Origin: a virus
Lineage: Duplodnaviria; Caudoviricetes
IMG/VR virus record: IMGVR_UViG_3300017956_000095
Location: 1 to 27,872 of that record
Reading direction: 5' to 3' (one strand)
DNA: 27,872 bases
Part shown: positions 1 through 12,300 of the stretch, piece after piece
Position numbering within the stretch: the first letter of the stretch is position 1
How the letters are laid out: every line of letters starts with the position of its first letter
Program-made: the position numbers and the translations under genes
The notes under the pieces: generated by a model
Database searches by the model: none
What the model saw: the letters and a program-made list of their open reading frames with translations, nothing else
Told to the model about the DNA's origin: nothing

Positions 1-1
1 A

Positions 2-3000
2 ATGATTAACTACCTCAGAGAAAACTACCCAGAAGATTTTAATGATTACATTGAAAGTTCAGAATATCTCGCTCTTGTAGACTTGATTGCTTACTTAGGA
101 CAGAATTTAGCATTTAGAATTGATTTAAATGCTCGTGAGAACTTTTTAGAGCTTGCAGATAGGCGAGATTCTGTATTACGGTTGGCAAGACTGCTTAGTT
201 ACAACCCAAAACGCAATATAGCAGCAAACGGTTTGCTAAAAATTATCTCAGTCAATACAACAGAATCATTTGTAGATTCAAATAATATAAATCTACAGAA
301 TCAAAATATTGTATGGAATGATCCTAGTAACCCAAATTGGAGAGAGCAATTTATTAAAGTGCTCAATCGTGCTATTGGTGCTGACGAAATTATTGGCAAA
401 TCTATCAAGCGAGAAATGATTGACGGAGTGTTAACAGAGAAATATAGATTCAACTCGGTTACTTCTGGACTGCCAATATTTGATTTTGCTAAAAATATTG
501 ATGGGCAGTCAGTTAGATTTGAAGTTGTTCCAACAGATTTTAGCAATGTAAAGATTATAGAAGAGAATCCGTTACCAGGAAACAAGTTTTCATTCATTTA
601 TCGTGTAGATGGTATGGGTCCTGCTAGTTCAAATACAGGATTTTTCTGTATGTTCAAGCAAGGAACTATATTAGATGGTACTTTCCAAATAGATAGCCCT
701 AGTGCCAACCAAATGGTAGCTATTGATAGCACTGATATCAATAACAGTGATATATGGTTATACTCATTAGACACTAACGGTAGACCAAAATCTATATGGA
801 CTAAAGTAGATGCTATTGAAGGTAATAACATTATCTATAATAGTTTGTCTAAAAATGTTAGAGACATATATGGTGTTATTACAAAAGTTAATGATAAAGT
901 AGATTTAATGTTTAGTGATGGGGTGTTTGGAAGTCTTCCAAAGGGTAATTTTAGAGTATATTATCGTACCAGTAGAAATATGAATATGATTATTACTCCT
1001 AGAGATATGTTATCAATACCTGTCACTATTGATTATGTTAGTAAGTCAGGAAAACTAGAAACAATAAGTCTTATTTTAGAACTTCAATATACAGTTGATA
1101 ACGCAAGCACATCGGAGACGAGCGAAAATATTAAGCAAAGAGCTCCAATGACTTATTATACACAAAATAGACTTATTACAGCAGAAGATTATCAAATTGG
1201 ACCGCTAAGTATTAGCCAAGAAATTGTAAAGTCTAAAAGTATTAATAGACTTAGCTCAGGGTTATCTAGATATTTTGACTTAATTGATGCCACTGGAAAA
1301 TATAGTAAAACAAATTTATTTGGTAGTGATGGTATTTTGTATAGAGAATATTATCATAACAAACAGCAATTTTCATTTGAGACAAGAACTGATGTTGAAG
1401 GTGTGATTCTTAATACAATTAATCCAATTTTATCAAGTCAAAAAACAAAAGATTTTTACTTTGATAATACTATACAAGTTCCATATACTGATTTAGGAGT
1501 TGAATGGCAAAATGTAACCAAAGATACAAATATGTATACAGGTTATTTCCAAAATCAAAATCAAATTAAGCAGTTATTGGGAGATTTTACAACAGGAATT
1601 TTGAGACTTATAAAAGCAGACGCAAATATAAAGTTTAACGCTCCAGATGGTTATTATTTTGATGAGGATGGAAATTTAAAAGCAGGAACTGCACGCCATA
1701 TTGGTGATAGAGAGTATAAATGGGTAAAAGCCATTTATGTGCATGAGGAAGGAACCGATCTTTTAGCTGACGGTACTGGACCTGTTACTATAAATGACTT
1801 TATTCCGTCAGGTTCGTTAGTTTCTGAGATTCGTCCATACATATCTAAAATTATTAATGATGATTTGAAAATACAAATAATTGATCAATTATTTGCCTAT
1901 AAAGCATTTGCTTTGAGATATGATAATCTTAATCAACGATGGGCATTGGTGTTAGAAGATGATATGGATGTAGTAAATCCATTTAGCCTTGGAAAAGAAG
2001 GAGATACATCGCGCCAAAAGTTAGATGCTAGTTGGTTGATAAAATTTACAACCAATAGAGAACTTTATACGATGGAATATCGCCAAGCAAGATATCTTTT
2101 TGAAAGTCATAAAGAGATAAAGTTTTACTTTGACAGCAGTGATAAAGTATATAATAGCCAAACTGGAAAAATAGTTAGGGATAAAATAACTATTTTGAGT
2201 AATAACAACAAATTCAAAAGCACTGAAAATTTTACAGTAGATTTTGATTGGGCTATTTCTGAAGAATATAGAGATTCTACAGGATATATTAATAGCAAAA
2301 AAATAGAACTATCGTTTTTTGATTCTGACGATGACGGAATTGTAGATAATCCAAATATTTTTAATGATATTGTTCCAGAAACAAATTTTCCATTAGATAC
2401 TTGGATATTTCAAGAAAGACGAGTATCTATAAATGGTGTTGAGACATATGAGTATATTCCGCAAAAAGAATTAGGTGTTATTGTATATCAGAATAAACAA
2501 GAAAGAATTATAACAAGTACTTTAACAGAAGGACAGCTAATTTATTTTGTTGATGAAGATAGATTTGAAAAATATAATTCTAAGTTACGAAAGCTATATG
2601 TAACACCAGATTATAGAGCGTTTAGAGGAAGAGATAAACTAAAATTTCATTATGTTCATGCAGCAGATGATTCTATGAGAATAGACCCAAGTGCTAGTAA
2701 TATTATTGACACTTATGTATTGACTCGATCATATGATTTGTATTTTAGACAGTGGCTTATTGGAGAACTAGAAAGACAGCCGCTTCCTGCATCATCTGAT
2801 CAGCTTTATATTAGCTATGGACAAGAATTATCAAAAATGAAATCATTAACAGATGAAATAGTTTATCATCCAGCAAAATATAGAGTATTGTTTGGAAAAA
2901 AAGCAGATGTAAGATTGCAAGCAAAATTTAAAATTGTTAAAAATCCAGACTTAGTGCTAAATGATAATGATATTAAATCTCGTATTATTAATAGAATCAA

Positions 3001-3301
3001 TCAATATTTTAGTTTAGAGAATTGGGAGTTTGGTGAAACATTTTATTTCTCAGAGCTAAGTGCGTATGTTATAAATCAGTTGGCGCCTGATGTTGTAACA
3101 TTTCTACTAGTTCCTTTACAATCAGATCAGACATTTGGTAGTCTACAAGAAATTAGTTGCGAAGTCAATGAAATTTTTATTAGTGGTGCTACTGTAGATG
3201 ATTTAGATATTATTGATGCAATTACTGCAGAGAGAATTAAGTCCAGCGGTAAAATTATTACAAATACATTATACAATAATGTAGGTATTCAAAGTTCATA
3301 A
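2..3301 (+). CDS. Baseplate wedge protein, T4 gp6 / Baseplate_J-like, enlarged and probably 5'-truncated
   Basis: 1099-aa ORF beginning at the window edge, so the true start is probably upstream. The N-terminus ESSEYLALVDLIAYLGQNLAFRIDLNARENFLELADRRDSVLRLARLLSYNPKRNIAA matches the gp6 pattern (..D.LAY....E.F...A..R.SV...A....Y.P). The internal motifs FSDGVFGSLP and SETSENIKQRAPMTYYTQNRLITAEDY match the gp6/BppJ ES...I...AP.....Q.R.VT..DY motif. Ends at TAA 3299-3301. Confidence 0.85.
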   Translation: MINYLRENYPEDFNDYIESSEYLALVDLIAYLGQNLAFRIDLNARENFLELADRRDSVLRLARLLSYNPKRNIAANGLLKIISVNTTESFVDSNNINLQNQNIVWNDPSNPNWREQFIKVLNRAIGADEIIGKSIKREMIDGVLTEKYRFNSVTSGLPIFDFAKNIDGQSVRFEVVPTDFSNVKIIEENPLPGNKFSFIYRVDGMGPASSNTGFFCMFKQGTILDGTFQIDSPSANQMVAIDSTDINNSDIWLYSLDTNGRPKSIWTKVDAIEGNNIIYNSLSKNVRDIYGVITKVNDKVDLMFSDGVFGSLPKGNFRVYYRTSRNMNMIITPRDMLSIPVTIDYVSKSGKLETISLILELQYTVDNASTSETSENIKQRAPMTYYTQNRLITAEDYQIGPLSISQEIVKSKSINRLSSGLSRYFDLIDATGKYSKTNLFGSDGILYREYYHNKQQFSFETRTDVEGVILNTINPILSSQKTKDFYFDNTIQVPYTDLGVEWQNVTKDTNMYTGYFQNQNQIKQLLGDFTTGILRLIKADANIKFNAPDGYYFDEDGNLKAGTARHIGDREYKWVKAIYVHEEGTDLLADGTGPVTINDFIPSGSLVSEIRPYISKIINDDLKIQIIDQLFAYKAFALRYDNLNQRWALVLEDDMDVVNPFSLGKEGDTSRQKLDASWLIKFTTNRELYTMEYRQARYLFESHKEIKFYFDSSDKVYNSQTGKIVRDKITILSNNNKFKSTENFTVDFDWAISEEYRDSTGYINSKKIELSFFDSDDDGIVDNPNIFNDIVPETNFPLDTWIFQERRVSINGVETYEYIPQKELGVIVYQNKQERIITSTLTEGQLIYFVDEDRFEKYNSKLRKLYVTPDYRAFRGRDKLKFHYVHAADDSMRIDPSASNIIDTYVLTRSYDLYFRQWLIGELERQPLPASSDQLYISYGQELSKMKSLTDEIVYHPAKYRVLFGKKADVRLQAKFKIVKNPDLVLNDNDIKSRIINRINQYFSLENWEFGETFYFSELSAYVINQLAPDVVTFLLVPLQSDQTFGSLQEISCEVNEIFISGATVDDLDIIDAITAERIKSSGKIITNTLYNNVGIQSS

Positions 3302-3305
3302 AGGT
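3301..3305 (+). promoter_or_regulatory. Putative Shine-Dalgarno site (AAGGT) for the 5444-aa gene
   Basis: AAGGT followed by a 9-nt AT-rich spacer before ATG 3315. Confidence 0.5.
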
Positions 3306-3314
3306 TAATTTTTA

Positions 3315-6300
3315 ATGGCATTAGATAACGAGCAAAGCGAACCGTCGCTACCAGGTGGTGATGATAGTTATAGAAGAGAATCTTCAAATCATTTACCAAG
3401 ATTTTTTAGAACAGACTTTAATAAAAAGTTTTTAAATGCTACTTTAGATCAGATGCTTACGCCTGGTAAAGTAGAAAAGTTAGCTGGTTTTTATGGTAGG
3501 AAAAATGCTAAAGCATATAAAAGTGATGATTCTTATATTACTGATGTAACAGCAAATAGAGAGAATTATCAATTTGAACCAGTAACAGTTATTAAAGATG
3601 GAGTTGGTAATGTTGATTTCTATTCTGACTATAATGATTATATTAACACCATTGATATTTTAAAAGGAAATATATCTGATCATAGTAAGTTGAATGAACA
3701 AGAGTATTATACTTGGAATCCGCAAATTAATTGGGATAAGTTTATCAATTTTAGAGAATATTATTGGATGCCATTAGGTCCTGAACTCGTTACAGTAGTT
3801 GGGCAAACAAAAGAGATTGAAAGCACTTATGATATAAAGATAAAAGAAGAAGATGAAAGTTCTGCTTATGTTTTTACACCTAATGGCTTTACTACTAATC
3901 CTACTTTTACACTTTATAGAGGGCAAACATATAGATTTGAAATAGATGTTCCAAATTTTCCAATAGCTTTTGTAACTAAAATAAGTTTTATTCCAGGTAG
4001 GGCTACACTTATTGAGGCGTTTGAAGGGACTCGACGCCCGGGCGTTTATGATTATCTATATTACGATCAAGATGTAGAGCGTTATGATGCTGGCGGTTGG
4101 CTTATACCACCTCGAGAAGCTTCATTTACAGAAGAAGAACAAGAAAACGCTTCGTTACTGTATCGAAACGGAATGACATTTTTTGATGAAAATGGAAATG
4201 AGAATCAAAATATAGTATTTGTTGAAAACGGTATTATAGAATTTAAGGTGCCTGAAACTGCGCCAGATGTGTTGTATTATATTTCTAAAGATGATGCTAA
4301 TATTTCTGGAATGATAAAAATACAAGATATTGTAGAAGCTACTGAGATTGATGTACAGAAAGAAATTATTGGCAAAAAAGATTACAAAACAACAGGCGGT
4401 TGGAATTTATCAAATGGAATGAAGCTAGAATTTGCCGGTGATGTGTTTCCAACAAAATACGGCGAAGGTGAATGGTATGTAGAAGGAGTAGGCGAACGGA
4501 TTGAGCTAATAAACAGAGATGATTTAGAGCTTAATAGTTTGTTTGTTGATGACTTTGAAGTTGAGTTTGATGATGTTCCATTTGATTATTTTCCATTTAG
4601 TGAAGCAATGGGATATCCCCGTAAAAAAGATTATATAGTAATCAATAGAGGTAGTAAAGATGGTAATGCGTGGAGTAAGCATAACCGATGGTTCCATATT
4701 GATGTTATTGAGAAGTCGTTAGAACTTAATGGATTGCATCCTGCAGTAGATCAAAACTTGCGGGCTAGGCGTCCAATTATTGAGTTTGACGCGGGGCTAC
4801 ATCTGCATAAGTTTGGAACATATAATAAAAAGCCTGTAGATTTAGTTGATACTTATACTAAGGATGCGTTTTCAACAATTGAAGGCAGCGTTGGTTATAA
4901 TATTGATGAGATTGATGTAACTGATGGCATGCGGATACTGTTTCTAGCAGATACAGATAAGCTAGTAAGAAATAAGATATTTAAAGTTAAGTTTATTGTA
5001 GTCAATAATTCTAGACAAATTACACTTCTTGAAGAATCTGATACAGAGCCATTGCTAAATGAAACTGTACTAATAACTAAGGGTAAAACAGAGAAAGGAA
5101 AGTTTTATTATTATAACGGAACTGATTGGAAAGAAGGACAAGCTAAAAATGATGTAAATCAACCACCGTTATTTGCATTATATAGTTATGACGATATATC
5201 TTATGTAGATCCAATATACTTTAAAGACTCACAGTTTCAAGGTAATAAAATATTTTCATATAAAGTTGGAACGGGCACTAATGATAATGAGTTAGGGTTT
5301 CCATTATCATATCAGAATATATCTAACTCAGGTGATATATTATTTTCCTTTGATTTGGTAAATGAAGAATTTATACATACTCGAGATAACCAATTCTCAC
5401 TACAAAAAACAGAAACAGCATTTTTAAGAAAATATGTTGATAGAGAAACTTATAATATACATAATGGTTGGATAAAAGCTAGTAATGATGCCAATCAAAA
5501 TATTATAAGACAGTTTGTTGCCACAGGATTAGGAACAGATTTTCCAATAGATGTGTATGATGATTTAGATTTTGTAAATGATGCTTGGCTAAGAGTATAC
5601 TTGAATAATAAGTTACAAGTATTCCAAACTGATTTTGAAACTATTACTAATGTTAACGGAAATCCTTATATTAGATTTTTAAAACAACTAAAAGATGGCG
5701 ATGTTGTTCAAATAAAAACAAGAAGTAGTAAGCCTAAAAATGAAAATGGGTATTATGAGATTCCATATAGTTTAGAGCGTAACCCAAAAAATGAAAATAT
5801 AAAAGAATTTACATTGGGCGAAGTTATTGATCACGTTGTAACAATTGTTGAAGAAGATGATAGATTCCTTGGCAATTTTCCTGGCAACTCTAACTTAAGA
5901 GACTTAGGACCAACATCGCATTATGGAAGAAAATTCTTAAAGCACTCGGCCCCATTCAATATAGCAGCCTATCACCTAATGGATACAGATTCTAATGTTT
6001 TAGAATCAATTCATTTTGCTAGTAAAGAGTATGCTAAGTTTAAGCGATTGTTTTTAGAGACATCTGAAAATTTAGGTTATGATGGACCAATAAAACAACA
6101 CGTTGACAAAATAATGGAAGAAATTATTCGAGATAAAACGGATAATATGCCATTTTATTTTAGTGATATGATTCCACTCTCAGGTAGTATGGTTAATACA
6201 GAAGATATTTATGACACAGATCAAGAATATTTTGCACTTAGTGAGCCATACAATTTAGACACACCGAGTTACAAAGCAGTTCAAGTATATTTAAATGGCA

Positions 6301-9300
6301 AACAACTAATTTATGATAGAGATTATGAATTCAATGATGAAGGCTTTGTAAGAGTATTTGCTAAAAAGAAATCTAGAGATATTATAGAAATTTATGAATA
6401 TCAAAATACAGTAGGATGTTATGTACCACCTACGCCAACTAAGTTAGGTTTATTCCCAAAATATGAACCACAGTTTTATATAGATGATACTGTTCAAGTT
6501 GTGCCTTATTTTGATATTACTGGACCATTTAAAGTATATGCTAAAGCGGCACCAGGATATCCGGGTGATGATAAAGTTGGATGGTTTTATCCACTTTATA
6601 CAGCAATTGATGATGCACAGTTAAAGGATACACAACTAGGAGGTAGTGGAGAATTTACAGTTCATAGATTTGGTGGTATGCAGACTACTTTCTTTATGCC
6701 AAAGTCAGCCCAAAACATAGCTGCACAAGATCATAGCGGTTATGAAGAATGGACTGAAGGACAAGCAGTAATACAAGGACACGATGGTAGCATTGTAGCA
6801 GCATTTAAGGATTATAGAGATGAGCTAATATTAGAAATAGAAAAACGAATCTATAATAACCTAAAAGTAAAGTATGATCCAAATTTATTTGATATACACG
6901 GAATTCGTGAAGGGTTTTATCGAAAAACAGGAATACCAAAGAAGGATATAGACACTGCAATGATAGGCGAATTTTTGTCTTGGGCAAAACTTATCAATAG
7001 AACCTACACCGATCACATTTACTATGATAAAGAAAATACCTTTACATTTAACTATCATAACACAAGATTTTCGAATGGCGAAAAATTACCAGGATGGTGG
7101 AGAGAGGCGTTTAAGTATGCTTTTGATACAGATCGCCCGCATACACACCCTTGGGAGATGCTAGGCTTTACTGTTAGACCCAAGTGGTGGGTAGAGCAGT
7201 ATGGCGAAGCACCATATACAAATAATAACTTTCTAATGTGGGAAGATATTGAAAAAGGAATTATACGCCAACCAAAATTTAGAATAGATAAAAGGTTTGT
7301 TCGTCCAGGACTGATGAAAAACTTACCAGTTGATTCACATGGAGTATTGTTAAGCCCGTCAAGTGCAAATCTCATTAAATCATATGACTTTAATGACATT
7401 GACTCATCGTTTGTATTTGGTGACGGAGGCCCAGTTGAGTCTGCTTGGAAGCGTAGTAGTGAATATCCATTTAGTTTGTTGAAGGCTTGTATTCTAAATC
7501 GTCCTCTAAAGACTTTTGCTACAGCATATGATAGAATTAGGCAAGTAAGAAATAATTCTAATCAAATTGTTTATTCTGAAATACAACAGCCTTTACAATT
7601 ATCTAACATAGCATTTCCATCATCTGTAAATAGTCCATCGAATGTTATTACTAGCGGATTGATCAATTATGTTGTAGAATACAGATCAGTATTGACACAA
7701 GCACAGTATGACAAATATAAATCAGATTTGTCTCGTATTACAAATCAGTTATCCTTTAAAATAGGCGGCTATACAGATAAATCAAAGTTCAAACTTATAT
7801 TAGATAGTAGATCCCCACTCAATGAAGGTAATATTTTTATACCATCAGAAAATTATACAGTTTCTTTAGGATCTAGTTATCCAATTCAAGAATTTATGTA
7901 TAGCGGTGTTATTATTGAGAAGCAACCTGAAGGTTTTTATATAAGAGGTTATGATACACAAAATCCGTCGTTCTCATATCACAAGCCAAATAAGAAAAAT
8001 TCAGATACTTTAATAAATGTTGGTGGAATAACAGTTCCATTCCTTTATTGGGGTGAAGGTAAAATATATTCAGAAGATGCTGTTATAAAATTTGATAACT
8101 CTTATTGGAGATGCGCAGTAACGCATAGATCAACAGCAGAATTTGATGTAACTAAATTTCACAAGTTGCCAAAACTTCCAACAATAGGAGGAATTGATGC
8201 TCATATACGAAAAACATACGAATACCAAATATCGCATTTAGATTATGGCAGTTTATTAACGACCCATCAAGATGTTGTGGATTTTTTACTTGGTTACGGC
8301 GAGTATCTAAAAAATATTGGGTTTGAGTTTTCAGTATTCAATGATAGTGCTTATGAACTTTCAGATTGGTTATATGCTGCGAAACAATATTTGTTTTGGG
8401 TAACTCAAAATTGGGATGCTGGGGCACTTATTACACTGAGTCCAGGCGCTGAACTACTAAAGTTTAAAAATAAGTTTTCTACAGTATCAAACGTATTTGA
8501 TACTTCATCAGGTTATTCAGTATTGAGGGCTGATGGAACGCCACTAAAAAACAAATATCTAAAAATACTAAGAGATCGGGATAATGTCTTTACAATAAGA
8601 ACATCTAATACTCGCTCAGGAATATATGCTATACGAATTCCAATAGTGCTAAAAGAGCATGTTGTTCTTATTGATAATAAGACTATTTTTAATGATGTTA
8701 TTTATGATATGCCAGCAGGATATAGGCAAGAGCGTATCAAAGTATTAGGATACCGAACAGATGGCTGGAACGGTTCTCTAAACATACCTGGATTTATTTA
8801 TGACGCAGCTCGTGTAACAGATTGGGAAGAGTGGCAAGATTATGCTGTAGGCGATATGGTAAAATACAAGGAGTTTTACTATTCAGCTAATTCAAAAATT
8901 GTAGGATCAACATCATTTAAATCTGAAGATTGGACAAGGTTAGATGATAAGCCCGAGCCTAAACTATATGCTAATTTTGATTATAGGGTAGAGCAGTTTA
9001 GTGATTTTTATGATTTAGATAGTGATAACTTAGATACTGAGCAGCAAAGAATGGCGCAGCATCTTATTGGATACCAAAAACGAAAATATCTACAAAATAT
9101 TATTAATAATGACGTTAGTCAGTATAAGTTTTATCAAGGAATGCTACACGAAAAAGGAACTCGTAATGCACTAACAAAGTTATTTGATGTATTATCAGGT
9201 AGCAATACTGATAGTTTAGAGTTTTACGAAGAATGGGCTATAAAGAATGGACAGTATGGAGCAGTATCTAGTTTTGAAGAAGTAGAATATATATTAGACG

Positions 9301-12300
9301 AAACAAAGTTTAGATTAGTCCCGCAACCAGTTCTTTTGACTAATAATGCTACTGGACGAGAAACAGATTTAATTTACAGAATTCCGTCCCACGAAGTATA
9401 TCTAAAACCGCAGAATTATAATCATAAACCGTTTCCAACAAAATGTGTAACAGATACATTTACTAAAAATTCAGGTTATGTGTATGTAAAAGATGTGGAT
9501 TATGTTTTGGATAGATATGAACGATTGGTAGATTTAGATACATCAGAAATTAAACAAAATGATTATGTTTGGGTAGGGAATACTAATGATGATGACTGGG
9601 GAGTTTATAGATATAGTGTATATTCTACAAAAATTGAAAAAATATGGACATCTGAAGAAAAGAAAAATCATTTTTTAGTAAGTTTTCCTAACATCCCTTA
9701 TGATATTGAAGAGAATGATATTATTGGTATAACAAAAATCCAAAATATAGAATATGAGGAGCACGAAGACTCAACAATTAAAACAACATTTACAGATCAT
9801 CCAGATGCAGATGGATTTTATACAGTAACAAATAAAAGTCTAAATGTCCTTGAGTTAGAAACAACAGTCGACAAACTATCTAATATTGCAGCAATAACTA
9901 ATCCAGACATAACAGGATTAGTATCAATTTTTAAATTAGTTAGATATGACAATGTATTAGACATATCAAATACACCAGAAGAAGAGTTAATACCTAAATC
10001 AAAGTTTTGGGTTGATAATGCTGAAGAAGATAAGTGGGCTGTAGTTGAAAAGTTAGATAATATAGAAGTATCAAAACCAATAATAAATCCAGCTGACGGG
10101 TATAATTATAAATTTGGTGCTACAATGGCTGTGAATAAAAATAATACTTTGATGGTAACAGGCTCACCTTATGAAGGCGACGGAAAAGTATATATTTTTA
10201 CAAGAGCGTCTCAAGTTAGAGATTGGCAATTAGTAGAAGTGCTAGAGCCTACATTTCCATCAGTTGCTTCTAATAATCAAGGATTTGGGTTTAGTGTAGA
10301 TATGGACCCTAACGCAAAGTATGTCATTGTTGGGGCTCCGTTTGCGTCAAATATTAAGACTCAATCAGTGGGATTATTTGATGAAGATGTAATTTATACA
10401 GCAGGGCAGATAGTTGAACATAATGGTAGTTTTTGGCAAGCTATAGTAGATGTATTTAGAGCTTCTGAAAAAATTAAGTTTCAAAGTTTTGTAAACACTA
10501 GTCAAGATTTAGTAGATTATGATTTAGACGATGACGATGATCCTGAAATTAATTATATTTTGACTGGAGACTATCCATTGGATAGAATACAAACAGATCA
10601 CTTTTTGTTAAGACTTCCAGATCAAATGTATAAAGGGGTGCAAACAGGCGATCAGGTAAAGTTAAAATGGAATACAATAACAAATGCAAATCAAACACAA
10701 GTAGAGTTAACGGCTAGAGAACCGTTTGATGGTGAAGTTGGTGGACTTACAAGTGCTGATATTGATGGCTGGCATACGGTAGAATTTAAAATAGATGTTA
10801 TATTGTATATCCAAAACTTATTAGGTAGTCCAAATCTAGATGATATAGTAAGTTCTGATACAGGTGTTGGTAGGGTTGCTTATTTTAGAAATGAAACAGG
10901 ATACGCAACAATTTATATAAATGAGGTTGTTGGAAATTTTGAAGCTACTGGCACACTAATGAGAAATGAAGATGTTATAGGTGATTATAGTTTAGCAGCA
11001 CCAAACAATGGAGATAATTTTAATATAGCTGAAAATTATGGAGGTTATGTTTTTATAAAATCACCTAATTTATTATCAGTTGGATTTACTACAGTTGAAT
11101 ATGGCAGAGGGCTACTTATAACAGACGCAGATGTTCATAACGATCCATCGCCAAGAACTGCTGAATATTATAACATTTTAGATTACCTGCCAAGTACAAC
11201 ATATGGTGATAATACAGAAATTAGTATGATAAGAACATTGAGTTGTCAAGGAACAATGCTAGTTAATGCTGGATTGTTTAGTGATGACCCAATAGAACTT
11301 CCTTATTATGGAGTTCGAGGACCAAAAGTTTTGACAGATAAATTATCTAAAGGTGATAAGCTATCTACCTATTTTAATACTCTAAAGAAAACAGTAACAG
11401 TTCTAAAAGTTAGAAATACACGATTTACATTACCTCCAGAAATATTTGAAGGTGAAGTTTTAACACAAGCTAACACAGGAGCTACTGCTACTGTATTTTC
11501 AGATAAAGTAGAAATATCACCTGAAACGACAGACCCTTCAAACCCAATATATGACATTCAAGTTATATGGTTGAGTCCCATTGCTAAGTTTAATAAAGCT
11601 GATGAGTTGTTTGGATCTAAAAGTGGACAGTTATATATTCGTCCAGTGTTTGAGCCTGTTGAAGGACCTCTAACAAAGTTATCTGAAATTGGCATACCAG
11701 ATAGATTCAATAATAATGATAACTCTACAGAAATATGGGATTTGTGGGATGGGTTTATTGACTATTCAGAAGAGTTTTATAGTTATGAAGGCTTGCCATA
11801 TGTACCAAAATCAGTTTATGTCTATAATGGCTTTGGTGATATCATTGATACTGGTATAGCTCCTCATGTTATTAGACAGCCCTCTACGGGGGCAACGGCT
11901 GAAGTAATGTACTTACAGCGCTTAAGTGAAAAAACACTACGAGCGTATGTTAAAAATGTCACAGGGCAATGGACAGTTGGCACCAAGTATGGTGATGAAC
12001 AAGAGATTGAAATGGTAGCTCGCCCAGGCGAACCAGATCCATGGAATAGAAGAAATATATTTGATATTCCAAGGACTATGGGTCATGTTACTAGAACTTC
12101 TTTAGGTTATGAGACTGAAGGTGTTGGAAAGATGATTATTTTTAGAGATCCAACAAATCTACCTATTATTATAGATGAAGATACAGGCTTACAAAAAGAA
12201 GAACTAGTAGGATATGAATATTGGTTCTATTGGAACAGAGAAGTAGAAGGAATGTTTAATATGTCAAATGAGCCTACAAATAGCAGCTCAGTTTGGCGAG

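Noticed and set aside
4034-4045. GC-rich perfect 12-bp palindrome ACGCCCGGGCGT
   Set aside because: Single copy inside coding sequence (RRPGV), with no loop or U-tract. Several 12-bp palindromes are expected by chance in 28 kb, and only the GC content is unusual.
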